Source: a virus. From it: DNA of 64,000 bases. Made by a program: the position numbers and the translations under genes. The stretch lies in the IMG/VR virus record IMGVR_UViG_3300012665_000356, positions 14,232 to 78,231 of that record. One strand, written 5' to 3'. This document shows, one piece after another, positions 11,430 to 22,091 of the stretch (the stretch's first letter is position 1; every line of letters starts with the position of its first letter). The notes under the pieces were generated by a model. It made no database searches, had not been told where the DNA came from, and saw only the letters and a program-made list of their open reading frames with translations.

Positions 11430-13616
11430 ATGCCATATCAAGTATTTTTTACAGACCAAACTTTAAATCCAGAGCCATTAGAAGTACAAGATAATACTTC
11501 TAACGTAGACACATCAATTACAATACCTGGCAGAAATGTCACAGGGTACGGTAAAATAATTGCTGAAAATTTTGTGCGTTTATTAGAAAATTTTGCCAGT
11601 GATGTTGCTCCGCCAAGTTCAAAAGCAGTCATTGGGCAGCTTTGGTATAATTCTAATGAAAATAGTTTAAAAATCTTTGACGGCATTGATTGGAAACCAA
11701 CTAGCGGTATTTCTACTTCACCAACCGAACCACAAGCAGCCAACATTGGTGACCTGTGGGTAAACAACAGTACTCAACAATTATACCTTTGGTCTGGTTC
11801 TACATGGGTATTAGTTGGCCCTCAATTTAGTGAAGGCACTAAATCCGGTCCATTAGTTGAAAGTCTTTTAGACATTGATAACAGAACAAGAACTGTTATT
11901 ATTTTTTATACAAGAGATATTCCAGTTGTTATCATTAGTAAAGATACATTTATTCCTAAGGTTGTTATCCAAGGATTTACAAGTGTTCAAACTGGAATTA
12001 ACATTACAACTAGAACAGACATTTCAGAAGACTCGGTTATTCCAAAATTAATTGGTCGAGCTACTTCTGCTGATGCGTTAGCAATTGGAACAGCAGAAAT
12101 TCCTTCGACGTCATTTATACGACGTGACCAGATTGAAACAATCTCAGCACAATTTAACGTTAGAGATGACTCTGGGTTGTTTATAGGAACAAACGGAAAT
12201 TTTAACTTAGCAGTAAAATCAGCTAACGCAGTTTTATACAATTCAACGCCAGGCGGCTCTATTGATATTCAATCAAGTAGAACAGGCAGTTTTGGTGTTC
12301 CAACAACAGTTATTCGTGTTATAGAAGATAAAATTGGGGTTAACAATTCAACACCAACTGCTACACTTGATATTATTGGAACTGTTAAAATTGCTGGTAC
12401 TGCGTCTATCATCGACGAGTCCAACTCTACAAATTTACTAAATGGTAGTTTTGTAACTCAAGGCGGTATGGCTGTTAGTAGAAATCTTAATGTTGGCGGC
12501 GACCTAAGTGTATTAAGTGGAAGTCTGTTTACTAAGTCTATTAAACCTTTAACAGCTTCAGAAACTATCGGTGAATTAGGCAATCGATACAAAGTGATAT
12601 ATGCTGACCAGTTGGTTGCTAACACCTTTACTGGTACATTGACTGGTAATATTTCAGGAACTGCTAATTCGGCTACATCACTAACAAACTCGACTAACTT
12701 TAAATTAGAAGGTGACGTTTCTAGTAACGTAGTATCATTTAACGGTACTGGTAATCTTAACAAAACATTTACTACAACATTAACATCAGATATTATTTCT
12801 AATAAAGCATCACTTGGTGTTATTCAGCCTAATGATGAACTATTAGTATATAGAAATAACACAGGTTTGAGAAAAGTAACACGGCAGACATTTTTAGATG
12901 ATGCTGCGGTTCCGATTGGATCAATATTTCCTTATGCTGGAACAACTGCTCCTACAGGTTATTTGTTGTGTGATGGTGGTGAATTTGAATTATATCGTTA
13001 TAGAGAGCTTGGAGGAGTGTTAGGAACCACATACAATGGAAGTACTCCGTTGTTAGGGTCTCCAAAAGGAGCAACTTTTAGGGTGCCTGATTTACGAGGA
13101 AGATTTGTATTAGGCAAACAAAATATGGATAATGAAACTACAATTCCGTTTCCAGGCGGCTCATCAGCCCCAGATGCTGGCGGCGGATTAGTAGTACCAC
13201 CAAGAGTTGCTGACGGACAGGCAGCTATATTAGGTGGCACTGGCGGTGACGATCAATATGTAATTGAGCAGTATAACATTCCTGACCATGACCATGATCT
13301 AGTAGGTAGAAGGGCAGATAACACACCAAGTGGTTCACAATTCTACGTAATAAACGACATGTCGTCTGCGCAGCCTACAGATAGTTCGCCATTTACATTA
13401 ATTGGTGGTTCTGGTCGATTAAATGAAAGAACAAAAGCAGGTACGGTTATTGGTGGCGCACAAAAAATGTCATCAAGTGGCCTAGTAAGAATCAATATTG
13501 AAGATAAACGAACACCTGGAAATTCTGATTCGTTGATTGGAAGACCGTTTAACGTAATGAATCCGTTCATAACGATGAATTATATTATACGTAGTGGAAA
13601 ACCAAGTAACGATTAA
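11430..13616 (+). CDS. Tail fibre/baseplate protein with tail-collar domain (paralog 1)
   Basis: Shared N-terminus GYG..IAENFVRLLENF..GQLWY; collar motif VPIGSIFPYAGTTAPTGYLLCDG...VPDLRGRF. Confidence 0.75.
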   Translation: MPYQVFFTDQTLNPEPLEVQDNTSNVDTSITIPGRNVTGYGKIIAENFVRLLENFASDVAPPSSKAVIGQLWYNSNENSLKIFDGIDWKPTSGISTSPTEPQAANIGDLWVNNSTQQLYLWSGSTWVLVGPQFSEGTKSGPLVESLLDIDNRTRTVIIFYTRDIPVVIISKDTFIPKVVIQGFTSVQTGINITTRTDISEDSVIPKLIGRATSADALAIGTAEIPSTSFIRRDQIETISAQFNVRDDSGLFIGTNGNFNLAVKSANAVLYNSTPGGSIDIQSSRTGSFGVPTTVIRVIEDKIGVNNSTPTATLDIIGTVKIAGTASIIDESNSTNLLNGSFVTQGGMAVSRNLNVGGDLSVLSGSLFTKSIKPLTASETIGELGNRYKVIYADQLVANTFTGTLTGNISGTANSATSLTNSTNFKLEGDVSSNVVSFNGTGNLNKTFTTTLTSDIISNKASLGVIQPNDELLVYRNNTGLRKVTRQTFLDDAAVPIGSIFPYAGTTAPTGYLLCDGGEFELYRYRELGGVLGTTYNGSTPLLGSPKGATFRVPDLRGRFVLGKQNMDNETTIPFPGGSSAPDAGGGLVVPPRVADGQAAILGGTGGDDQYVIEQYNIPDHDHDLVGRRADNTPSGSQFYVINDMSSAQPTDSSPFTLIGGSGRLNERTKAGTVIGGAQKMSSSGLVRINIEDKRTPGNSDSLIGRPFNVMNPFITMNYIIRSGKPSND

Positions 13617-13627
13617 CGGAGCGATTA

Positions 13628-15688
13628 ATGGCATATACAATAAACAAAACTGACGGCACTACAATAGCAACGGTCGTTGACGGGCAAATAAATCAATCAG
13701 CAACAAGTATTACACTGATTGGAAAAAACTTTAGCGGATTTGGTGAATACCTAAACGAAAATCTTGTTAAAATTTTAGAAAATTTTGCCAGCACAGGAGT
13801 TGAGCCAACACCAGCATTGACAGGTCAGCTTTGGTATGACCTAGAAGAAAATCGAGTAAAAGTTTATTCTGGAACTGAGTGGAAAGCAGTTGGAACATCA
13901 GCATTAGCATCGACAAGACCTTTAGATATCAGCACTGGAGATTTTTGGTTTAATACTACTGATAATCAGTTATATTTTTATGACGGATCAAGAGACTATT
14001 TGATTGGACCAGACTATTCAGTATCTCAAGGGCAATCGGGACTCAAAGTAGAAACCATAGAAGATTCATCTCGAAGAAACAGAACAGTGGTAACACTGTA
14101 TATAGGAAATGCGATTGGCGGATTTTTTAGTGCTGTAGAATTTACTCCAAGATTTCCAATACCAAATTATGCTGCCAATATTATAAGAATTGGTTTTAAT
14201 CCGCTTAATGATGCTTTCAAATTTGTAGGTACTTCTAATAACTCAGATAAACTAGGTAATGTTGAAGCTATTTTTTATGCTAGAAAAAATCAAGCCAACA
14301 TTTTTACTGAACAGCTGACAATATCAAATGATCAAGGTATACGTTGGGGAACAGGACCTCAAGGTCAAGCAGGCGTTGAAAGCGGCGGCGATGTATATTT
14401 TAGAAACTCGTCTAACAATTACAAAATGGCGTTTAAGGTAACAAAAAATAATAATTCCTTAACCGCAATGACTATTGAGCCTAGCAGTACAGGTGACGAT
14501 GTAATTAATATTTTCCAATCAAACGCCAACAGTCGAGTTAATGTAGGCGGCGATATGATCATTGCCGGAGACCTAACAGTTGAAGGCGCAACAATTACAA
14601 TTCAGTCAGAAACTCTTACACTAAAAGACAAAAATATTGAACTGGCAGTTCCTAGTTCAGGATCTCCATCAGATACTGGCGCAGACGGCGGTGGCTTAAT
14701 TTTAAGAGGCAATACTAATCATTCGATACTATGGGATAATGCTACAAACACTTGGGTGTCTACAGAATCGATTGATATACCTAGTTTAGGATCTTATAAA
14801 ATAGACGGAGTTCCGGTATTAGAAGATACTGGATCAGGTATACAATTATCAGTTGCTGTTACATCTGCCCCAGGTGTAACAAGTTTTGGTGTATTGAATA
14901 ATTTAACAATTGATAATATTGTATTGAATGACAATGTTATTTCTAACAACGGCAGCACACTGCCTTATACAGATGGCGGAAATTCGGGTGGTGTAAATGC
15001 TACGGATTTACACATAGAGCCTCGAGGTGATTTATATCTTGATGGTTCTACAAGCCCAAAAATTATTGGTATACAAACTACCAACGAAAATAGTGTTATC
15101 CAAACAGTCGAAGCACAAGGAGTGTTAACTGCGACTGAGTTGTCAGAAGCCACAAGTAAAAAATATGTTACAAACTTAGTTAGGTCTAGAAGCATTGCGT
15201 TGACAATGGATGTTACTGGAAGAGGCCTTATTGGGTATGATTCTGACGAACCTGTTGGCCTTACTGATTCGGACGTTGAAGCTGAATTAACTTCAATTGC
15301 TCCAGTTAATGAATACGAAGTAGGCACTATCGCAAGAATAGCAACTTGGAGATATTTCTTAGAAAATATTCCAGCTGTGTCTACAGTTGGCGTTCAGTGG
15401 ACTGGCGGAAATATGATAGCTACAGAAACATTATATGATGTGACTGGAGCATTAACTCCGTCGGGAACTCCGGGCACTTACAACGCAATTAAAGAAGTAT
15501 CAGTCGATTCACAAATACCAACACAAAAACCTCCAAGATTTTATGTTGTTAGAGGATTAATTACTTGTATTTTAACACAAACAGGACCTACAACAATTGA
15601 GTGGGTATTAGACACAAGAACAGAAGACGACGACGTACCAGGTGCTAGTGGAGCTGGAATAAGCAGCTTTATTAGACCACTATGGTAA
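13628..15688 (+). CDS. Tail fibre-like protein (paralog 2)
   Basis: N-terminus LIGKNFSGFGEYLNENLVKILENF..GQLWYD; Gly/Thr/Ser-rich body. Confidence 0.7.
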   Translation: MAYTINKTDGTTIATVVDGQINQSATSITLIGKNFSGFGEYLNENLVKILENFASTGVEPTPALTGQLWYDLEENRVKVYSGTEWKAVGTSALASTRPLDISTGDFWFNTTDNQLYFYDGSRDYLIGPDYSVSQGQSGLKVETIEDSSRRNRTVVTLYIGNAIGGFFSAVEFTPRFPIPNYAANIIRIGFNPLNDAFKFVGTSNNSDKLGNVEAIFYARKNQANIFTEQLTISNDQGIRWGTGPQGQAGVESGGDVYFRNSSNNYKMAFKVTKNNNSLTAMTIEPSSTGDDVINIFQSNANSRVNVGGDMIIAGDLTVEGATITIQSETLTLKDKNIELAVPSSGSPSDTGADGGGLILRGNTNHSILWDNATNTWVSTESIDIPSLGSYKIDGVPVLEDTGSGIQLSVAVTSAPGVTSFGVLNNLTIDNIVLNDNVISNNGSTLPYTDGGNSGGVNATDLHIEPRGDLYLDGSTSPKIIGIQTTNENSVIQTVEAQGVLTATELSEATSKKYVTNLVRSRSIALTMDVTGRGLIGYDSDEPVGLTDSDVEAELTSIAPVNEYEVGTIARIATWRYFLENIPAVSTVGVQWTGGNMIATETLYDVTGALTPSGTPGTYNAIKEVSVDSQIPTQKPPRFYVVRGLITCILTQTGPTTIEWVLDTRTEDDDVPGASGAGISSFIRPLW

Positions 15689-15690
15689 AT

Positions 15691-15696
15691 TAAATA
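15691..15696 (+). promoter_or_regulatory. Late promoter-like TAAATA
   Basis: Hexamer in the short gap before the gene at 15715. Confidence 0.5.
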
Positions 15697-15714
15697 AACT
15701 GACGGAAGAAGCAG

Positions 15715-17523
15715 ATGCCATATCAAATTAATAAATTTAACGGTGATAGATTAGTTGTACTAGAAGACGGTACACTTGATTCTACGACCAGTGTAGGACT
15801 AGTAGGTAAAAACTTTGCCGGTTATGGCGAAATACAAAATGAAAATTTCCTATGGTTGTTAGAAAATTTTGCTGGTACTGCTGCTCCAAACAAAGCAATA
15901 ATTGGTCAACTGTGGTATGACGCCGATGCTCAGCGTATTAAAGTTTATACTGGTACAGCATGGAACATTGTAGGAAATACAACTATTTCCGCTGCGCAGC
16001 CAATTGAAAATGCGCCAGGCGACGGATGGTTAGATACAGATTCAAATCAGTTTTATGTCTATGACGGTACAGAATTTAAATTTGTAGGGCCTGAAGCAGT
16101 TACTGATTTTGGCACAACACGATTAGTGTCTACAAAAATAAGAGATACTGGATCAACTTTCCGTCCAGTAATTAAAGTAACTTTAAACGATACAGTAATA
16201 GGTATAATTACGGAAAGAGATTTTGATATACTTGTTGCTGATGCTGTGCCTGGATTTAGTTCTTTAAAGAAAGGTATAACTTTATCTTCAACATCATTCT
16301 TAAAAGGCGCAGTAGTAGGCAATGCTTCGTCGGCTAGTACTTTAGAAACTCCACGTACTATTAACGGGGTGTCGTTTGACGGGTCTGCTAACATAGTTGT
16401 TAAATCTAGTACCACTAATTATCTTGTTGGCGGAAACTATATTGTTGGCAATGATTTTGATGGTTCTGCTACCACTTCATGGAGCATTGATGCTACATCG
16501 TCTAATATTGACGATAAAATAGTAGCTAGAGATAGTTTAGGAAATTTTTCAGCAAGCACAATAACAGCAGATTTAACAGGTAATACAACTGGAACACATT
16601 ACGGAAACGTTCAAGGCAACGTTGCTGGAAACACATTAGGAACACATACTGGGCCAGTTATTGGCAATGTAACAGGTAATGTAACAGGCACTGTAACAGG
16701 AGCAGTAAACGGATTAATTGGTAACACGTCTCCAACATCGGCAACATTTACTGTAGTTTCAATAAATGATGAATTAAAATTTTTAGGATCTGCTGGAACT
16801 AGCGGTCAAGTTTTAAAATCAAGAGGTGCTGGATTGTCACCAGAGTGGGGATCTGCTACAATTGATCTTACTACTCAAGTAACAAACACATTATCTGTTG
16901 GCAACGGCGGCTTAGGAAGAAACACTTTAACACTAAATCATTTAGTAGTTGGTGGCGGCGGATCCCCAGTCCAATTGATTGCTCCTGGCCCGTCTGGTAA
17001 TATTTTATCATCAACCGGTGTAGCATGGGAAAGTATACCTAACGGTATTGTAGCACAAGTAGCATATTTCGCAAGACAAACAGCACCATCAGGATGGCTT
17101 GTGTGTAATGGCCAAGCAGTGTCTAGAACTACATATTCAACTTTATTCTCAGCAATTGGGTCATTGTGGGGCGGCGGTGACGGCGTAACTACATTTAATC
17201 TTCCTGATCTTCGCGGCGAATTTATCCGAGGATGGGATGCTGGTCGAGGTGTTGACGAAGGAAGAACATTTGCTTCGCAACAAACAGATTCTATTGAATC
17301 ACATGGACACATATTTGACGATATTCGTTGGAGTGAAATTAGCGGAAGTTATACGTACAATGATCCTCAGCTAGGAACTATTAGTGTTGGGCCAGGGGCT
17401 GGTTCAAATAGAGGTACTGACTATGATAACGGTGCCCATTTCTTACAGCACGGAACATACAACACAGGTATACACGAGACTCGTCCACGAAACGTGGCAA
17501 TGTTACCATGTATAAAATTTTAA
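15715..17523 (+). CDS. Tail fibre protein with tail-collar domain (paralog 3)
   Basis: Shared N-terminus; GNVT-type repeats; collar motif APSGWLVCNGQAVSRTTYSTLFSAIG...FNLPDLRGEFIRGWD; ends ETRPRNVAMLPCIKF. Confidence 0.85.
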   Translation: MPYQINKFNGDRLVVLEDGTLDSTTSVGLVGKNFAGYGEIQNENFLWLLENFAGTAAPNKAIIGQLWYDADAQRIKVYTGTAWNIVGNTTISAAQPIENAPGDGWLDTDSNQFYVYDGTEFKFVGPEAVTDFGTTRLVSTKIRDTGSTFRPVIKVTLNDTVIGIITERDFDILVADAVPGFSSLKKGITLSSTSFLKGAVVGNASSASTLETPRTINGVSFDGSANIVVKSSTTNYLVGGNYIVGNDFDGSATTSWSIDATSSNIDDKIVARDSLGNFSASTITADLTGNTTGTHYGNVQGNVAGNTLGTHTGPVIGNVTGNVTGTVTGAVNGLIGNTSPTSATFTVVSINDELKFLGSAGTSGQVLKSRGAGLSPEWGSATIDLTTQVTNTLSVGNGGLGRNTLTLNHLVVGGGGSPVQLIAPGPSGNILSSTGVAWESIPNGIVAQVAYFARQTAPSGWLVCNGQAVSRTTYSTLFSAIGSLWGGGDGVTTFNLPDLRGEFIRGWDAGRGVDEGRTFASQQTDSIESHGHIFDDIRWSEISGSYTYNDPQLGTISVGPGAGSNRGTDYDNGAHFLQHGTYNTGIHETRPRNVAMLPCIKF

Positions 17524-17535
17524 TTGGAGCAATAA

Positions 17536-19317
17536 ATGCCATATCAGGTAGATAGATACAACGGAACACTATTTTCAACAGTCCCTGATCAAACAGTAGA
17601 CTCGTCAAGTTGCGACATTAAACTAGTCGGCAAAAATTATGCTGGATATGGCGAAATTCAAAATGAGAATTTTTTACACCTGTTAGAAAATTTTCGTAGC
17701 GAGTACGCTCCTAGACGACCAATAGTTGGTCAAATATGGTATGACGAATTAAACAATAAATTAAAATTTAGAGATTATACAAATACGTGGAAAACAACAG
17801 CAATTGTTGATGTTTCTGCTACAGCACCAACAGGTCTAGCAGTTAGGGATAAAGGCAACATTTGGTATAATGACTCTCTTAAACAAATAAATGTTTGGGA
17901 TGGTCTAAACTTTGTTGCTATTGGTCCAGAACTTGCTGTAAATTTTGGCGAAACTAAATTAACATCTGGCACTATACGTGATAACGGCAATACTCAACAC
18001 GCTATAATCAAAATATATTCTGACGACACGGTTGTTGGAACTATCAGTAGTGACGAATATTCTATCGGTGACGTAGATGAAATCGATGGATTTACCACAA
18101 TCAAAAAAGGTGTAACATTAGTTAATACACCAACGTCTGGTGTTACTACATCTGATCACAGATTTTGGGGCACCGCAAGTAATACGTTAAAATTTGATGG
18201 AAAAACCACCGCAGATTTTGTATTAAGAACAGGGTCTGGATCGACATTTGGTGATACTGGATTTACTGTAGGCAATGATTCGGATATAAAAATATTTGTA
18301 GAAGATACAAATAAACCTGTAATATCTAACCAAGTTGGTAGTAGTATACGTGTTAGAATTATGAATGGCACCATTAAAGAAGATGTTGGCGTATTCGATA
18401 TTACTGGCATGATACCCGGTACTAATGATACTTACAATCTTGGTTCGTCTATTAAAAAATGGAATGAAATCCATGCTACTGATTTATTTGGTAATGTTAG
18501 AGGGTCAGTAACTGGTAATCATTATGCTGAAGATGATTCAGTAATGATAAACGGTGTAACTAAACAGTTATTTGGTTCGTTAACAGGGTCGTTAGACGGC
18601 ACACTTAGAGCATTAGATAGTAGTGTTGCTTACGATGGCGCTACTAAAACATTTACAGGTACTGGGGCTAATTTTGTTAATTCTTCAATAGATACATTGA
18701 CAGTTATTAATCAAGTAATTGGAGATCTTAAAGGCGATATTTACGCTAACGATAATACTATTGCGTACAACGCAGGCACAAAACAATTTACAGGATCATT
18801 GGTTGGAAACGCAAATACATCTAGTAAATTTTTAGATCCAAAATATATTAACGGTGTTGCTTTTGATGGTTCTACGAATATTACTATCGAAGATGACACT
18901 AAGGTTGCTAAATTAGGAAGCTCAATGACTGGCTATTTGACTCTAGTCGGAGCTCCAACACAACCAAATCATGCGGCTACCAAACAATATGTTGATGATA
19001 AAGTAGCTTCAAGAACATTATTTTTTAGTTTAGACACAAAAGGATTGTTATTATCAGGAGCTGGTTCAGGTTCAGTGGTAGCTATATTAAATCAGTTAGC
19101 CCCTACAGCGAATTTTTTACCTGGAACTAGAGCGCACATTGCCAGCACTATTCAAAACGTTCAGTCAGTGGCATCTTTACAATATCAGTCAAGAATTGGC
19201 TCAACATATTTGGTTGGTGTATCGGTTCAGACCACTATGCAAAATCCTACTAGAAACAATCTTTTGATATATCAAGTTAATTCTTCAGGGACAAGTTGGG
19301 AATATGTATCAGGTTAA
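17536..19317 (+). CDS. Tail fibre-like protein (paralog 4)
   Basis: Shared N-terminus LVGKNYAGYGEIQNENFLHLLENF; INGVAFDGS and AATKQYVD fibre motifs. Confidence 0.75.
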   Translation: MPYQVDRYNGTLFSTVPDQTVDSSSCDIKLVGKNYAGYGEIQNENFLHLLENFRSEYAPRRPIVGQIWYDELNNKLKFRDYTNTWKTTAIVDVSATAPTGLAVRDKGNIWYNDSLKQINVWDGLNFVAIGPELAVNFGETKLTSGTIRDNGNTQHAIIKIYSDDTVVGTISSDEYSIGDVDEIDGFTTIKKGVTLVNTPTSGVTTSDHRFWGTASNTLKFDGKTTADFVLRTGSGSTFGDTGFTVGNDSDIKIFVEDTNKPVISNQVGSSIRVRIMNGTIKEDVGVFDITGMIPGTNDTYNLGSSIKKWNEIHATDLFGNVRGSVTGNHYAEDDSVMINGVTKQLFGSLTGSLDGTLRALDSSVAYDGATKTFTGTGANFVNSSIDTLTVINQVIGDLKGDIYANDNTIAYNAGTKQFTGSLVGNANTSSKFLDPKYINGVAFDGSTNITIEDDTKVAKLGSSMTGYLTLVGAPTQPNHAATKQYVDDKVASRTLFFSLDTKGLLLSGAGSGSVVAILNQLAPTANFLPGTRAHIASTIQNVQSVASLQYQSRIGSTYLVGVSVQTTMQNPTRNNLLIYQVNSSGTSWEYVSG

Positions 19318-19798
19318 TCTTGTTGAAAATTATATGACTAATGTTGACGAAGTCATTAGTCTAGCCGAACAGCACCTAGATAAATTTACAGATAGGGGCC
19401 CTGGAAACATTCATAGTTTTAAAACCAATTACGGTCATAGTAAAATGAAAAGTTTATTTTATTTTAATATGAGTGAAGAACTAAAAAACGCAGTGTTTAA
19501 AACCATTCCAGATGATAGAGAATTTGTATCAACATTTACTATTAACCGATACGAACCTGGCGATTATCTAATAAGGCATAAAGACAGCAGCGCAGGTTAT
19601 TGGAAATTCAAATTAATTTTTCTTAGAAGCGATAAATCGCATTTTAAATATTATGATGAACAAGGAACAGGTTACATTGTTGATGAAAAACCAGGAGCAT
19701 ATTTAGATATGCCAGTTCATTTAGAACACGAAGTAACAGAAATTGGTGCTGATGAGCAACCAAAATACAGCCTAGTGCTTACATGGGGAAGAATTTAA
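19304..19798 (+). CDS. 2OG-Fe(II) oxygenase-like protein
   Basis: INRYEPGDYLIRHKD (HxD) ... HEVTEI ... KYSLV pattern of prolyl-4-hydroxylase-like dioxygenases. Confidence 0.7.
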   Translation: MYQVNLVENYMTNVDEVISLAEQHLDKFTDRGPGNIHSFKTNYGHSKMKSLFYFNMSEELKNAVFKTIPDDREFVSTFTINRYEPGDYLIRHKDSSAGYWKFKLIFLRSDKSHFKYYDEQGTGYIVDEKPGAYLDMPVHLEHEVTEIGADEQPKYSLVLTWGRI

Positions 19799-19799
19799 T

Positions 19800-20270
19800 A
19801 TGGCAAAAGTAGCTAGAGATTTATTATTCATTAAATCTACGGGAGTTCTTATAGGAGAACTAGGACCGGAGACAGATAGGGAATCTTTAAATTTTGAAAA
19901 ATTTTTAATTAAAAGCGTAGAGCTTGATCCTGAACTTGGTGAATATTGGTACGGTGATCACGACTCGGGTGAGATTAGATCTAAAGTTGAAAAGCCTGTG
20001 GTCACAGAAAGCTATATTAAATTTGATTCTAATATGGTAGTTCATGCTCATTATCCTATACACAAGCAGATTAACATAATAATAGATATGTTAGATCAGT
20101 CTGGACTGCCTAAAACTGAGGCTTTTACACGTCTTAAAGAGTATATTGATAAAGTCAAAGCACAACATTTGGAGCAAATTACCGCATACAGTTCGCATCC
20201 TGAAGCATACACGTGGGTTTCTGAAGAGGAAGAACACGATATAATTGACAAGAAGCGTAGATTCGAGTAA
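19800..20270 (+). CDS. Hypothetical protein (possible fibre assembly chaperone)
   Basis: 156-aa acidic ORF between fibre genes; YPIHKQINII resembles tail-fibre-assembly motifs. Confidence 0.45.
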   Translation: MAKVARDLLFIKSTGVLIGELGPETDRESLNFEKFLIKSVELDPELGEYWYGDHDSGEIRSKVEKPVVTESYIKFDSNMVVHAHYPIHKQINIIIDMLDQSGLPKTEAFTRLKEYIDKVKAQHLEQITAYSSHPEAYTWVSEEEEHDIIDKKRRFE

Positions 20271-20273
20271 GAA

Positions 20274-20279
20274 TAAATA
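20274..20279 (+). promoter_or_regulatory. Late promoter-like TAAATA
   Basis: Hexamer upstream of the gene at 20298. Confidence 0.5.
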
Positions 20280-20297
20280 TAGAAAACTGGAACAAAC

Positions 20298-22082
20298 ATG
20301 ACCTATCGCGTAGACAGATATAATAGAACTTTTTTAACAAATGTTGCTGATGGCACCATTGATAGTACCACTGATCTACGGTTCGTAGGTAGAAACTATT
20401 CTGGGTACGGGGAAATTCAAAATGAAAATTTTCTACACTTATTAGAGAATTTTTCAAATACAGTAGCTCCGGCTAGACCTATTAGTGGACAAATATGGTA
20501 CGATTCAGGTACAAAAAAATTAAAATTTTATGATGGTGTTAAATTTAAAGTAGCAAGCGGTGCTGAAGTAGCATCTACTGCCCCGTCTGGCCTAGCCGCA
20601 GGCGATTTATGGTTTGACAACGGTACTAATCAGTTATCAGCATGGAACGGATCTAGCTTTGTATTAATTGGCCCCCAAAGTGCTCCTGGTTTTGGTACTT
20701 CTCAGATTGTTACACAAGTAGTCAAGGATGTTAACAACACTTCTCACGTTATTTTACGTGCGGTTGTTGGTGGTGTTACTACCGCAGTATTCAGTAACGA
20801 TCCTGATTTTACATTATCGTCATCTAATACCATTGGCGGTTTTTCAGAAACTGGTCGACAAATTAAGAAAGGTATTACCCTAAATTCTGTTATTTCAACA
20901 GGCGTCAGTGATGCTGCTGGATATAGATTCTGGGGAACTGCTAGTAACTCAGAAAAACTTGGTGGCCAACCAATTGAAAAATTTATTCGTAGTGATTCTG
21001 AAGGTGGTTTTACTGCTGAAATTAATTTCAAAGCAGGGCTAACTGTTAATTCGGGTAACAGAAAAGATCTTAGAGTTTGGATCAACACCAACCAACAACC
21101 AACTATCGAAAATCAAGTTAACGGACCGATAGTATTAAGAATTTCTAACAGCGGGTCAAACGTTGATAAAGACGACATGCTGATTATGACTAGAGAACAG
21201 TTTGATAATACAGATGCTAGTTCTGCTAATGCGTTATTTCCAGGTGCTACCGGAAGATTGAATTTTGGTACTTCTACAAAACAGTGGAAAACAATTTATG
21301 CTAATACAGTTCAGGCAAATCTTGTTGGTAACGTTACAGGAAATTCTGTAGGTTCTCATAAAGGAAATCTTTTAGCAGCCAACGATACTGTGGCCTTTAA
21401 CGCAACTACTCGATCATTTGTTGGCGATAACTTTACAGGATCATTTACAGGGCCAATTAACGGTCAATCAACATCATCAATAACAGCATCAAAATTAAAC
21501 AATCTTGATCCTAGCGAATTGGCAACGCCCGGTGTTGCTACAATTCCTATTAGAACATCGGCTGGTATAATTCGAGCAGCTAGATTTGAAGGGCAGTCAA
21601 CTGATACAATTACTGTAAATGGCAGAGCATTATCGGTAACAAAAGATCCAAACACTGTGGTATTAAGAAATAACGGTGGTGATGTAGAAGCTAGATATTT
21701 CAATGGTACCGCCACATCAGCACAATACGCTGACTTAGCAGAGATATATAAAACTGATAAAGAATATGAAGTTGGAACTGTAATTGCTGTAGGCGGCGAA
21801 TTTGAAGCTACAGAAGCTAGTTTAGGTGACAGAGCTATCGGTGTAATATCAGAAAAACCAGCATACTTGATGAACAAGGATGCGGAAGGCCAAGCAGTAG
21901 CATTAAAAGGTCGTGTGCCAGTTAAGGTTTCTGGTGTTGTTAAAAAAGGTCAACGACTTGTAGCAGGAGTTTCTGGTAGAGCAGTAGCTGCCACTCATCA
22001 TACAATGATGGATGTTTTTGCCATAGCATTGGAATCACATCTAGAACCAACAGATGGCGTTATTGAAGCAATTATAATATAA
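20298..22082 (+). CDS. Tail fibre protein (paralog 5) with C-terminal intramolecular-chaperone/autocleavage-like domain
   Basis: Shared N-terminus; C-terminus AQYADLAEIY..YEVGTV..GVISEKPAYLMN..VALKGRVPVKV. Confidence 0.75.
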   Translation: MTYRVDRYNRTFLTNVADGTIDSTTDLRFVGRNYSGYGEIQNENFLHLLENFSNTVAPARPISGQIWYDSGTKKLKFYDGVKFKVASGAEVASTAPSGLAAGDLWFDNGTNQLSAWNGSSFVLIGPQSAPGFGTSQIVTQVVKDVNNTSHVILRAVVGGVTTAVFSNDPDFTLSSSNTIGGFSETGRQIKKGITLNSVISTGVSDAAGYRFWGTASNSEKLGGQPIEKFIRSDSEGGFTAEINFKAGLTVNSGNRKDLRVWINTNQQPTIENQVNGPIVLRISNSGSNVDKDDMLIMTREQFDNTDASSANALFPGATGRLNFGTSTKQWKTIYANTVQANLVGNVTGNSVGSHKGNLLAANDTVAFNATTRSFVGDNFTGSFTGPINGQSTSSITASKLNNLDPSELATPGVATIPIRTSAGIIRAARFEGQSTDTITVNGRALSVTKDPNTVVLRNNGGDVEARYFNGTATSAQYADLAEIYKTDKEYEVGTVIAVGGEFEATEASLGDRAIGVISEKPAYLMNKDAEGQAVALKGRVPVKVSGVVKKGQRLVAGVSGRAVAATHHTMMDVFAIALESHLEPTDGVIEAIII

Positions 22083-22091
22083 GGATTAGAG

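Noticed and set aside
16570-16720. GGNAAY/GTAACAGG nucleotide repeats
   Set aside because: Explained by G-N-V-T peptide repeats of a fibre shaft, not an independent DNA repeat element.
11430-22082. Diversity-generating retroelement or invertible fibre cassette
   Set aside because: No reverse transcriptase, recombinase or near-identical template/variable repeat pair seen; similarity among fibres is at the protein level.
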